Of a stretch of 41,785 nucleotides of DNA, positions 7,478 through 16,014 are shown piece after piece. The stretch is from a virus (Duplodnaviria > Caudoviricetes). The position numbers and the translations under genes are program-made. The notes under the pieces were generated by a model that was not told the DNA's origin, did no database searches, and saw only the letters and a program-made list of their open reading frames with translations. Location of the stretch: IMG/VR virus record IMGVR_UViG_3300022670_000398, positions 1-41,785 of that record; one strand, 5' to 3'. Every line of letters begins with the position of its first letter. Position 1 is the first letter of the stretch.

Positions 7478-7833
7478 ATTACTTCAGCAAAAAAGAATTA
7501 AGTTGCCCCTGTTGCGGGGAAGATAAATTTAGCGGCGAAACACTGGAAAAGCTAAATAACATGCGTGAAGATGCTGCATTTCCAATGAATGTGACATCAG
7601 GATATCGATGCGAAGCGTACAATAAATTCAAAGGTTACACTCAAACTCACGCAACCGGCCAAGCGGTTGATATTGCTTGCACTCATAAAGCCGCCGTCGT
7701 TCTATTGAAATTAGCTATCAAATACGGAATGACAGGAATTGGAATTAATCAGAAAGGATCAAGACGTTTTTTACATTTTGATGATCTCGATCAAGTATCA
7801 GGCAGACCACGCCCACATATTTGGTCATACTAA
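7474..7833 (+). CDS. Endolysin, peptidase M15A-type Zn peptidase
   Basis: YFSKKELSCPCCG, TSGYRC, HATGQAVDI and FLHFD motifs. Confidence 0.9.
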   Translation: MNYFSKKELSCPCCGEDKFSGETLEKLNNMREDAAFPMNVTSGYRCEAYNKFKGYTQTHATGQAVDIACTHKAAVVLLKLAIKYGMTGIGINQKGSRRFLHFDDLDQVSGRPRPHIWSY

Positions 7834-7842
7834 GGTGATATT

Positions 7843-8043
7843 ATGAAATGGTTAAAGAAAAGACTTAAGAGCAAGACAATCTGGCTAACATCAATAGCCC
7901 CAGGTGTTTTGGCGTTTATGACCATGTATTCAGAGCCGCTAAAAGAAGTTTTACAAGGCAAGTATGAATATGTATTTCTAGCGTTTGGAATGCTTGCATG
8001 GGCCACTAGAGAAGCCACTAGCTCAAGCTTGGATGAAAAGTAA
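7843..8043 (+). CDS. Putative holin (2 TM)
   Basis: 66 aa, basic N-terminus (LKSKTIW), two hydrophobic helices, between endolysin and spanins. Confidence 0.7.
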   Translation: MKWLKKRLKSKTIWLTSIAPGVLAFMTMYSEPLKEVLQGKYEYVFLAFGMLAWATREATSSSLDEK

Positions 8044-8300
8044 TGTTTGCCACAATCAAAGCTAAAATCATTGCCGCAGCTGTCATTGTTGGCGCCATTA
8101 TGGTTCGATACATCAAATATTTGAGAGATAAAAACGCACGATTAGAACATAATGAAGAAGTCCGGGAAGAAATCGACGAAATCCACGAAAAACAAGTAAC
8201 CGATAGACAAGAGGCTCTTGAAAATGAAAAGCAAACGATTAAAAAACGGGTTAAAGCTAATTCTGGCAAGTCTCGTCGTGATAGGGCTAGCAAGTTGTAA
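8043..8300 (+). CDS. i-spanin (Rz-like)
   Basis: N-terminal TM followed by a charged coiled coil. Confidence 0.7.
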   Translation: MFATIKAKIIAAAVIVGAIMVRYIKYLRDKNARLEHNEEVREEIDEIHEKQVTDRQEALENEKQTIKKRVKANSGKSRRDRASKL

Positions 8301-8508
8301 GACCCTAGAAATCGCTCACGACCCACTAAATTGCTTACCACAACCTGAAACATCCTTAGTTGATAGACTAACGGACGATGAGCTTAATTCGTTCTCTGAC
8401 GAAGTATTTACCGTATTAGAGCTACACATTATCAGCTATCAAGAGCGCTTTAATACTCAATGCGATTTAATCAATAAACATAACCAGGCCCACGAAGGCG
8501 AAAAATGA
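8218..8508 (+). CDS. o-spanin (Rz1-like lipoprotein)
   Basis: Signal peptide with LASC lipobox and a Pro-containing mature part; overlaps the i-spanin in another frame. Confidence 0.7.
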   Translation: MKMKSKRLKNGLKLILASLVVIGLASCKTLEIAHDPLNCLPQPETSLVDRLTDDELNSFSDEVFTVLELHIISYQERFNTQCDLINKHNQAHEGEK

Positions 8509-9419
8509 AAATACTATTTCTTATAGGGCTGTTGTTTAGCTCAAATGTTACAAATGCGGCCAATATCAGTGATTATAGCCCGGCTGGTGACCTTATTAAT
8601 TTAACCAGGGTGGATGGTTCATCGGTAAATAATGTTAGTACCATTTTCTCCCACGATGGAAATATGGTTGCATTGCTAAATGGTGGTGGTCGTTTAATGT
8701 ATCGAACCGACATGGCCGATCCTAATACCGCTATTCGAGAAATTAATAGCAATATGGGCGGCTGTGGCGATATAGAAGGCGGCGTACAGTTTGGTAATTA
8801 TAATTTTTACGCCAACGAACAAACGCCAGCGACTATTTTTGTCATGCCTGGTCCAGATTCAGCTAGGAAATGCAGCCAAGCTATTGAGACTTTCACCTTA
8901 GTTGGTATGGACGAATCTAGCGGGAGCTTTGGCATTGAAGGGATCACAATTTTACCAGATGGGCGAATAGTTGTTGTTAAAGAAGCGGCCCCAGAAAGAG
9001 TGGCCGTTTTTGACTATGTTTCGGGAACGAATAGTTATACACCGGTTGATTTATTTCCGGTTCGGTCCGATTGTAATCGTTTAGGTGATATAGCGATAAA
9101 TCCAGAAGGTAATATAGTCGTTATTTGTAAAAGACAAAGAACGCTGCAAGAGTACACGATTGAAGGGGTGTTTGTTGCACAGCTTCCTATTCCAGAATTT
9201 CCACAAGCGGAAGGGCTTATGTTTTCAAATGGGTTACTTCACCTTGTTGGTGAGCCTAATCATTACCGGGTGTACAGTGCAACGCCCCCCATTTATGAAA
9301 CTTGTGAATTATCGGGAAGCATTCAAATTGATATTATTAATAATAAAGCGTTAGGATCAGGGACGGTTATTTGTTCTAACTTAAACGGAACGGTGATCAT
9401 TGATAGCGATGTTTTCTAA
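8505..9419 (+). CDS. Exported beta-propeller, SdiA-regulated/YjiK-like
   Basis: Signal peptide MKILFLIGLLFSSNVTNA; blade motifs DIEG, GIEGIT...VVVKE and PQAEGL...LVGEPN. Confidence 0.7.
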   Translation: MKILFLIGLLFSSNVTNAANISDYSPAGDLINLTRVDGSSVNNVSTIFSHDGNMVALLNGGGRLMYRTDMADPNTAIREINSNMGGCGDIEGGVQFGNYNFYANEQTPATIFVMPGPDSARKCSQAIETFTLVGMDESSGSFGIEGITILPDGRIVVVKEAAPERVAVFDYVSGTNSYTPVDLFPVRSDCNRLGDIAINPEGNIVVICKRQRTLQEYTIEGVFVAQLPIPEFPQAEGLMFSNGLLHLVGEPNHYRVYSATPPIYETCELSGSIQIDIINNKALGSGTVICSNLNGTVIIDSDVF

Positions 9420-10747
9420 TGTCTGTATCGATACTCAATACCGCAAAAGGAATTGGAGATAATAACACCAATAATCAAGTACCAAGTGCGGGTATCGGTG
9501 AGCGATACTGGGTAAAGGTTGTCGCAAAAGAAGGAGCATGGGCTAATATTCCGACAACGTTAACAGTTGCCGGGACCACGGATACTGTATTTGATTTAAT
9601 TACCTCTAATCAAAGTGCAGTAATGAAAGTGGCTATGTACGGTGTTAAGGAAACCGGGATAGGCACCGGGATCAGCACGGCAAATGGATCGATTACTTAT
9701 AATGCTGATGGGGACACACCTGGAAGTGCTGCGATTGTTGTTGCTTGCGTTGTGGCAGATGGCGTTAATCAAACTACACCATTTACAAATACTAACAATG
9801 TGGGTTTCTCATCAGATTCATCAGATAACACTGAAGATTGCCCGTTCACACTCGATGAAATTCTAGACGGGTTAGGGATAGCATTTGTTAGTTGCTCGAA
9901 AACTAATACAACATGGACTTTAACAGATAACGGTTATGCTAAAAATGGTGATGGTCAATGGGTACAAGGTTCAAATACTTCTGGTAATTGTGCTACAAAA
10001 TTAATTACAAGCCAATCATTAGGGCAGCTTACTACGTTATTAAGTGGTTTATCACCGCAGAAGACCGGCACCATTGGTATTATGCTTTTACCGTCTGGTG
10101 GCGGTGGAACACCATTAATTGTTCAAAATCTCACGCAGGCTCAAAACATCGATCAGCCGGCGTTAACTCAGACTAATTCTTTGTCTGCCAACAGTATAAA
10201 TCAATCCCAAACTATTGATCAACCAATACTGACACAACAAAATATTCTATCAACTGACGATATCAACCAATCTCAAACGATAGATAGCCTGATATTGACT
10301 CAAGCGCACATCTTATCAGTTAACGATATCACGCAAAGCCAAACGATTGATAATATCACGCTATCCGTTGCAGGGGCTTTACTGGTCAATAATTTATCTC
10401 AGACACAAACTATCGACCTGGCCAGTATCATTCAAAGTCACATATTATTAGTTAATGGTTTGGATCAATCACAATCTATCGATGAACCAGGTTTATCAAT
10501 TGGAATAACGGTTGACGATATAAACCAGGCGCAAACTTTGGACCTTGCATCACTGACCCAGGCTAATATTTTAAGCGTTGATAATTTAACTCAAGCGCAG
10601 CTTTTAGATAACGTCTATTCAGGTGAAATAGTAGTCGGATCCCATAAAGGTGAAGTTTTAGTATTTTCCGCTTATAATGGTATAATCACATCAACCAACG
10701 CTCACACCGGCGAAGTTAAAGTATTCAATGCCGTTGATATAACTTAG
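9419..10747 (+). CDS. Putative virion fibre protein with eight ~22-aa repeats
   Basis: G/T/S/N-rich beta N-terminal domain, GGGG linker, repeats LSVxxIxQSQTIDxxxLTQxxI. Confidence 0.65.
   Translation: MSVSILNTAKGIGDNNTNNQVPSAGIGERYWVKVVAKEGAWANIPTTLTVAGTTDTVFDLITSNQSAVMKVAMYGVKETGIGTGISTANGSITYNADGDTPGSAAIVVACVVADGVNQTTPFTNTNNVGFSSDSSDNTEDCPFTLDEILDGLGIAFVSCSKTNTTWTLTDNGYAKNGDGQWVQGSNTSGNCATKLITSQSLGQLTTLLSGLSPQKTGTIGIMLLPSGGGGTPLIVQNLTQAQNIDQPALTQTNSLSANSINQSQTIDQPILTQQNILSTDDINQSQTIDSLILTQAHILSVNDITQSQTIDNITLSVAGALLVNNLSQTQTIDLASIIQSHILLVNGLDQSQSIDEPGLSIGITVDDINQAQTLDLASLTQANILSVDNLTQAQLLDNVYSGEIVVGSHKGEVLVFSAYNGIITSTNAHTGEVKVFNAVDIT
10114..10616 (+). repeat. Degenerate ~66-bp coding tandem repeat, 8 copies
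   Basis: Eight QxQx(I/L)D cores at about 22-aa spacing (one unit is 20 aa). Confidence 0.85.
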
Positions 10748-10757
10748 AGGTTTAATT

Positions 10758-11120
10758 ATGGCTAAAGTAATACCAGATGCCAATATTGACGCAATGCTAG
10801 CCATTGTCGAGGGCACAAATATTCATGTTTGCTCAGCAGAGCCCACAACATTTTTAGAAGCAACCACCACATTTAATCTGGCTTCCGATTCTGTGGGTTC
10901 TTACACCAAAGCAAATGGTGACGTTTCAGGGCGTAAGAATACGCAAGCCGGAACTACTGGAACGAGCATTTCCAACACCGGAACGGCTACCCATGTGGCC
11001 ATTACAACCACCTCAGGAAGCGTTTTAGAGTTAGTTACCACAACCACCAGCCAAGCATTAACAAGCGGTGGCACGGTGGATATAGGCGCATTCTCTCACG
11101 AAATTCCGGACCCAGCATAA
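10758..11120 (+). CDS. Small virion structural/fibre subunit
   Basis: Thr/Gly-rich, IHVCSAEPT...GTATHVA...QALTSGGTV pattern seen in phage fibre modules; GAGG RBS. Confidence 0.6.
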   Translation: MAKVIPDANIDAMLAIVEGTNIHVCSAEPTTFLEATTTFNLASDSVGSYTKANGDVSGRKNTQAGTTGTSISNTGTATHVAITTTSGSVLELVTTTTSQALTSGGTVDIGAFSHEIPDPA

Positions 11121-11129
11121 GGTGAAATC

Positions 11130-11333
11130 ATGAAAAAGTTTGAGGTTACAGAAGATCCACATTTCGATCACAAAGGCGAAAGGTTTATGCTTGGTGATAT
11201 ACGCTCTCATGAAGACGGTCAATACTTCATTGATCTAGGTTGGGCCAAATGTACTGAAACCGGAAAATCTGGCAAACGGATTGAAGGGCCAAGCAAATTG
11301 CAGCCAAACAACGTCAAACAAGAATTGAAATAA
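11130..11333 (+). CDS. Hypothetical protein of the fibre module
   Basis: 67 aa, AAGGTG RBS. Confidence 0.7.
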   Translation: MKKFEVTEDPHFDHKGERFMLGDIRSHEDGQYFIDLGWAKCTETGKSGKRIEGPSKLQPNNVKQELK

Positions 11334-11647
11334 TGGCATCGTTAGAGCTAGCGCCTGACAATTCTGTAAACGTCCAAGTAACCATAACCAACCCGGTTAC
11401 TGGCGCGTCTGTCGATGATGCAACGGTAACGGGTAGGATTGATAACCCAGACGACACTGTATTGGAAGCAACCTTTTCAATGCCATTCGTAGCATCTTCA
11501 AGCGGCATCTACAGAGCGACATTAGCACCTATAACCGGTTTGACTCTAGGCGTTATCTACAAAGTCATTATTGATTCAACTGGCACAGATTCATTAATTG
11601 GCCACTGGGAATTAGATATTAAGGCCACGAAAGCGGAAACTAGCTAA
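11333..11647 (+). CDS. Ig-like/adaptor-like beta-sandwich protein
   Basis: ITNPVTGASVDDATVT...SSGIYRATL...G.IY pattern. Confidence 0.55.
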   Translation: MASLELAPDNSVNVQVTITNPVTGASVDDATVTGRIDNPDDTVLEATFSMPFVASSSGIYRATLAPITGLTLGVIYKVIIDSTGTDSLIGHWELDIKATKAETS

Positions 11648-11962
11648 ATGGACGACGAACTAATAGACGAAATCGAACGCAAATCAATCCAATATATAAG
11701 ACCATGGGTTTGGTCCCTATTGGGTTCGTTAATGGCCCTGACAGCGTTTTTACTGGCTAACGGTATACATTTAGGCACGATTGCTAATCGACACATCGAT
11801 ATCATCCAAAAAGAACGAGAGCAAGGCATTAAATCAAAGTCTGAACTCCAAGCAGACATAGAGATGGTCTATACATTGATAGCTAAAAACAATAAAGAAA
11901 TCCTCGAACTCAAGAAAGACAACGAAATTCTCAAAGAAAACTCCCATCCTCCCGCAAATTAA
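11648..11962 (+). CDS. Single-TM coiled-coil protein
   Basis: WVWSLLGSLMALTAFLLANGI helix followed by a charged coiled coil. Confidence 0.7.
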   Translation: MDDELIDEIERKSIQYIRPWVWSLLGSLMALTAFLLANGIHLGTIANRHIDIIQKEREQGIKSKSELQADIEMVYTLIAKNNKEILELKKDNEILKENSHPPAN

Positions 11963-12027
11963 AGCTTCACATTAGCAACAAAACCTGCCACAATAGTCCC
12001 TATTAAATGTCAAATCCTCGGGAATAT

Positions 12028-12186
12028 ATGAGAACTCACACTGCTTCACTTATCGTAAAAGGTTACACGCTCGAAGAAGGTTTGTTTGCGCTCAAAATGA
12101 GTAAGCGAACCTATTACCGGTGGACTTCGCAAAAGCCCGATATGCTGACCTTCCGAATCGACCAATTAAAAAGACGGGGTGAATAA
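12028..12186 (+). CDS. Small helix-turn-helix DNA-binding protein, not in ORF track
   Basis: 52 aa containing GYTLEEGLFALKMSKRTYYRW; GGGA RBS; weak TTCACA-17-CACAAT promoter upstream. Confidence 0.7.
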   Translation: MRTHTASLIVKGYTLEEGLFALKMSKRTYYRWTSQKPDMLTFRIDQLKRRGE

Positions 12187-12188
12187 TA

Positions 12189-12458
12189 ATGAATGAATTA
12201 TCTAAGAACGATTTTTTATTTGGTTTCTCGATTGTGGTATTGGTTATATTTTTATGCCTCTTAATTTTGGTTATTTTTCATATACTTAGAGAAGTATCAC
12301 GGGAAAAACAAGAATCGGTAAAGCCTATCGGTAGAAAATTAAAAATTAATATTGGCGGCAATGAACTAGTTGGTATTGCTGGCGAAGATTTAAGCTGTGG
12401 TGATTATGTTGTTATTGGCGAAGATGGGAAAATACACAGGGCTAAAAATAATGTGTAA
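12189..12458 (+). CDS. Membrane-anchored hypothetical protein
   Basis: N-terminal TM; C-terminal GIAGEDLSCGDYVVIGEDG. Confidence 0.7.
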   Translation: MNELSKNDFLFGFSIVVLVIFLCLLILVIFHILREVSREKQESVKPIGRKLKINIGGNELVGIAGEDLSCGDYVVIGEDGKIHRAKNNV

Positions 12459-12663
12459 CAAGGTTCCTTACAACTCCAAAGCTGAAGCAAAAAGGGACGC
12501 AAAACAGATCCAATTCGTCGGCAAAAACAGATTCAAGGTCGGCCACAATAGAAAAGACAAGAAACTTAGCCCCTATAAATGCGCTATTTGTGGGTTATTT
12601 CACCTAACATCATTGCCTAAGACCGTGACTAGAAGGCTTGAGAAAGCAAGGAGTGGCCAATGA
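12451..12663 (+). CDS. Small C-CxxC-H zinc-finger phage protein
   Basis: MCNKVPYNSKAEA...PYKCAICGLFHLTS; start reassigned to ATG 12451. Confidence 0.75.
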   Translation: MCNKVPYNSKAEAKRDAKQIQFVGKNRFKVGHNRKDKKLSPYKCAICGLFHLTSLPKTVTRRLEKARSGQ

Positions 12664-12995
12664 GTCAATTAAAACCTATTAAAGCAAGGTGCTTGGCGTT
12701 TACTTATAATTGTTATGTAAAAACTAACAACAGTAAAATAGTTACTGTGTTGGGACTAGTCGAACGCCCTATCGGAAGGGTAGACAAAGGTAGGTATTGG
12801 CAAGTAGATCGAGAGTTTGAAATTAGGCACGATAAAACTTATGAGCTTATAGAAATGTCTGACAAGCTTCCTGAAAGTCGGCTAATGAGAATAGACGATC
12901 CAGACCTAAAGGAAGAGCCAAAGACTGTTGAGGTATCAATTAATAGCGATATAACTATCGAGAATTTTAGATGTATACCGGATGTCAAATTGTGA
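12660..12995 (+). CDS. Hypothetical protein
   Basis: 111 aa, AAGGAG RBS, ATGA coupling. Confidence 0.7.
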   Translation: MSQLKPIKARCLAFTYNCYVKTNNSKIVTVLGLVERPIGRVDKGRYWQVDREFEIRHDKTYELIEMSDKLPESRLMRIDDPDLKEEPKTVEVSINSDITIENFRCIPDVKL

Positions 12996-13242
12996 TTAAA
13001 CCAGTAAAGAGAAACAAGCGGTAAAGTGGATAGATTCTCACTATGCTGATTTCTATAAGGCGGCTTTATTCTTACAAAGATGTCAGATGGCCTCTGTTGT
13101 AGCTCAGGGAGTGGCTCAGCAAACAGTGATAATCTCGAGTGATGGATCTATCGGAAAGTTTGCAGCGATCGCACTAAATGCACACAACACTAAACAATCG
13201 TTAACACGGTTTCCACAGGTTCAAGGAAGGGTAACAAAATGA
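12992..13242 (+). pseudogene. Apparently frameshifted small gene
   Basis: GTGA-coupled start and ATGA-coupled end are 251 nt apart; one extra base near 13020 would restore an ~83-aa ORF. Confidence 0.4.
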
Positions 13243-13466
13243 CTGATATAACAACGATTCAACTTATATGTATCCTTACGCTGTCAGGATTTTTGGCGTA
13301 TCTTCTATTTGTCTGTTTCAAATCAAGCAAAACATTTAAAAAATTAGAACAAAAAAGAATCTCAAACAATATTGCCTTAGATGAGTGCAATCGGAAGCTT
13401 GATATATGCATAGAAAACTTAAAAAAAGCCACGAAATATTATGAGGGACTAAAAGATGACATTTGA
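13239..13466 (+). CDS. Single-TM hypothetical protein
   Basis: N-terminal hydrophobic helix followed by a coiled coil. Confidence 0.7.
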   Translation: MTDITTIQLICILTLSGFLAYLLFVCFKSSKTFKKLEQKRISNNIALDECNRKLDICIENLKKATKYYEGLKDDI

Positions 13467-13734
13467 TATAAGAAACCACAGATGGAGTGACGTAAATCCT
13501 TTTGGAATAAACGTCCCTATCCTCAGAGGAGTGATAAATCTAGTTTTTAACAGACCAGTCCTAAATTTCAAGTTAAACAAAAATGACTCTACAGCCATCG
13601 CTAAGCACTTCCACGATTTAATGACTGATGACGAAAAAATAGATTTCTGGGATACCATGTATGAAGGGTATGAAAGACATTATGGCGATGCCCCCCAATC
13701 AGAAACCCCAAAAGGCTTGAACGATAATGACTAG
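13456..13734 (+). CDS. Hypothetical protein
   Basis: 92 aa, GAGGG RBS. Confidence 0.7.
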   Translation: MTFDIRNHRWSDVNPFGINVPILRGVINLVFNRPVLNFKLNKNDSTAIAKHFHDLMTDDEKIDFWDTMYEGYERHYGDAPQSETPKGLNDND

Positions 13735-14209
13735 AGAAATTAAATTCAGAGCTTGGATCCCGGATATACAAAGAATGTATCAGGTTATGAGTGTCGATGT
13801 AGAGCCGCAAGATGGAAGGCAAAAATATGTCACTTGTTGGGAGCATCCTTGCGTTAAATCAGCAATTATAAAGGGTAAAGTTGCAAAATTTAGGCTCGGT
13901 GATGGTGTCGAATTAATGCAATACACCGGACTAAAAGATAAGAACGGTGTAGAGATTTATGAGGGGGATGTTTTAGAAACCCCTTTTGAATATACAAGCA
14001 GTCACCCGTACAGCGATGAAGAAGATAGTTCGGGAAAATATAGAGGGCTAACGCACTATCGACCATCAAAAGGGTTTATTCAAATCAGAGTTTTAGAGCT
14101 TAATGATGATGATGATTGCTGGCGAAAGAGGCGAGATTTAGAGATAAGACAGTCTTACACGAAGGTAATCGGCAACATACATGAAAATCCAGAGTTATTA
14201 AATGGATAA
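13727..14209 (+). CDS. YopX family protein
   Basis: REIKFRAW...LMQYTGLKDKNGVEIYEGD...VIGNIHENPELL. Confidence 0.95.
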   Translation: MTREIKFRAWIPDIQRMYQVMSVDVEPQDGRQKYVTCWEHPCVKSAIIKGKVAKFRLGDGVELMQYTGLKDKNGVEIYEGDVLETPFEYTSSHPYSDEEDSSGKYRGLTHYRPSKGFIQIRVLELNDDDDCWRKRRDLEIRQSYTKVIGNIHENPELLNG

Positions 14210-14540
14210 CGAACTATCACCAGAAACACTAAGGATTGATATGGACGAACAAAATTTAGTAAAAAGATTGGAAAGTCTCATTCCAGATTTAAAGGAGTGT
14301 CAAGAGGTTCATCGAGAATGGAGGGATTGCGATCAAATACATAGAGATAATAATCCTAATATTGGCGATGAAAATTTTCACAATGAAATGGTCGATACTT
14401 ATGAAAATCGAATATTAACCGTTAAAGATGCTATCAAAGAAATATCCGGACTTAAAGAGCAACTATCTCATTGCGAAGATTCAATTACCAAATACATTCA
14501 AAGCACAAGCGAATTGCTTGAACGGCTTGATCGAAAATGA
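14202..14540 (+). CDS. Hypothetical coiled-coil protein
   Basis: 112 aa, overlaps the YopX stop. Confidence 0.7.
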   Translation: MDNELSPETLRIDMDEQNLVKRLESLIPDLKECQEVHREWRDCDQIHRDNNPNIGDENFHNEMVDTYENRILTVKDAIKEISGLKEQLSHCEDSITKYIQSTSELLERLDRK

Positions 14541-14716
14541 AATACAAATTTGGGAAAAATAGTTTTATTATTTGGCTTTGGTCTTTTGTTTGGCAACACT
14601 GGCTACAAGATTTTAACGTCATCACGGTAAAAGGGTGGAGAACAGCTATTGTTGAAGATAAGCGCTGGAAGGGGAATAGACAAACTATATCCCCCTGTTT
14701 TTGGATATTTAAATAA
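14537..14716 (+). CDS. Trp-rich small hypothetical protein, not in ORF track
   Basis: 59 aa MKYKFGKNSFIIWLWSFVWQHWLQDF...; ATGA-coupled and fills the gap. Confidence 0.55.
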   Translation: MKYKFGKNSFIIWLWSFVWQHWLQDFNVITVKGWRTAIVEDKRWKGNRQTISPCFWIFK

Positions 14717-14733
14717 AAAGAGGAACGAAAGCA

Positions 14734-14991
14734 ATGAGTATCAACTTTGAAAACCCAATGAACGATGAAACAAGACGTTTAGCAGAGACGATGTTTAAAG
14801 GCTTGGTCGCTATGGACGAAAAAACCATTCTTATTAATGATTGCACGCTGTTTCAACCTGATTTTAAGAAGTTGGTGAATGCTTCTGGGCAAATTGTTGA
14901 GGTTGAAATGCATGATAAAGGCGATATTAAGAAAATGTCCGATGGCACAAGATATCAAATGACTATATTTGGCTGGAAAAAACTTAATTAA
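14734..14991 (+). CDS. Hypothetical protein
   Basis: 85 aa, GAGGA RBS. Confidence 0.7.
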   Translation: MSINFENPMNDETRRLAETMFKGLVAMDEKTILINDCTLFQPDFKKLVNASGQIVEVEMHDKGDIKKMSDGTRYQMTIFGWKKLN

Positions 14992-15008
14992 TAACCGGAG
15001 AAAATTAA

Positions 15009-15284
15009 ATGAACAGACACATAGAATTACTTGGTTTGCGTGCAAAAGACGCTGTTACGGGATTTAGCGGTGTAATAACCTCAATATCCTTTGATTTATA
15101 TGGATGCGTACAAGCTGTTGTATCGCCCAAGGTTGGCGATAATAGTGACTTAAAGGATGGTCAGTGGTTCGATGTTACTAGGCTAAAAATTACCAGTAAA
15201 AAACGTGTGATACCGCTACCTGACTTCAATAAGGGCTATATTGCCACAGGTAAAAAGGGATGTGCTGAAAAGTCGTTGCCATAA
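15009..15284 (+). CDS. Phage hypothetical protein
   Basis: LG...KDAVTGFSGVITSISFDLYGCVQ...QWFD pattern; GGAG RBS. Confidence 0.8.
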   Translation: MNRHIELLGLRAKDAVTGFSGVITSISFDLYGCVQAVVSPKVGDNSDLKDGQWFDVTRLKITSKKRVIPLPDFNKGYIATGKKGCAEKSLP

Positions 15285-15395
15285 AACCCCATGAATTTAT
15301 GTTATACTGAGCCCATGAAAGAACGATCCAAAAAGGCCATGGAGGCCACATTATGCCTCAGATAGTTTCGAGGCAATTTTTTATTCGAGAAAGTG

Positions 15396-15572
15396 ATGAG
15401 TATTGTATTTAGAAAGCCCGAACACTGGTACCAGCCAATCGATAATGAAATATGTGATAGGATGGACTGGTTTAACTCATTAAGTGATGATGAGAAGAAA
15501 AAGCAATTAGAAGGTGTTTTTTCTCCCGAAAATAAGGCTCAGGTCAAAGGTCGTTACAATGGGCGCACCTAA
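15396..15572 (+). CDS. Small hypothetical protein upstream of terS, not in ORF track
   Basis: 58 aa [40 protein letters not shown]...; overlaps the terS start. Confidence 0.5.
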   Translation: MSIVFRKPEHWYQPIDNEICDRMDWFNSLSDDEKKKQLEGVFSPENKAQVKGRYNGRT

Positions 15573-16014
15573 AGGCAATCAATTCTGGAAAGCACGGAGC
15601 TCTCATGGTCGTGATCCTATATTCAAAAATAAAGAACAACTTTGGTCGGGGTGCCTTGAGTACTTTGAATGGGTAGATGAAAACCCCTTGCAGGAAGATA
15701 AAGTATTTCACAACAACGGTAAAATCACTCGAACAACAATAGCCCATATGCGAGCTATGACCATTTCCGGACTATGCTTATTCTTAGATATTTGTGAAAA
15801 AACCTGGGCAAATTATCGAGATCAAGATGATTTTGTACAAGTCATTACGCGAGCAGAGCGGTATATCTACGATCAAAAGTTCTCTGGAGCCTCGGCAGAT
15901 ATGCTTAATGCAAATATTATAGCCCGTGATTTAGGTCTGAAAGACAAACATGATTTAACCTCGAGTGATGGCACAATGTCTCCCAAGTCATTCAATGATT
16001 TCTACCCAAAGTAA
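15559..16014 (+). CDS. terS: Terminase small subunit, P22 gp3-like
   Basis: [22 protein letters not shown]...[11 protein letters not shown]...[14 protein letters not shown]...[12 protein letters not shown]; start reassigned to 15559. Confidence 0.92.
   Translation: MGAPKGNQFWKARSSHGRDPIFKNKEQLWSGCLEYFEWVDENPLQEDKVFHNNGKITRTTIAHMRAMTISGLCLFLDICEKTWANYRDQDDFVQVITRAERYIYDQKFSGASADMLNANIIARDLGLKDKHDLTSSDGTMSPKSFNDFYPK

Noticed and set aside
10114-10616. CRISPR array or DGR template/variable repeat
   Set aside because: The repeats are degenerate at the DNA level and conserved only as protein; there are no spacers, cas genes or reverse transcriptase.
13090-13175. tRNA-like start (GTAGCTCAG)
   Set aside because: No GTTCRA T-loop or acceptor stem; the region lies in a probable reading frame.
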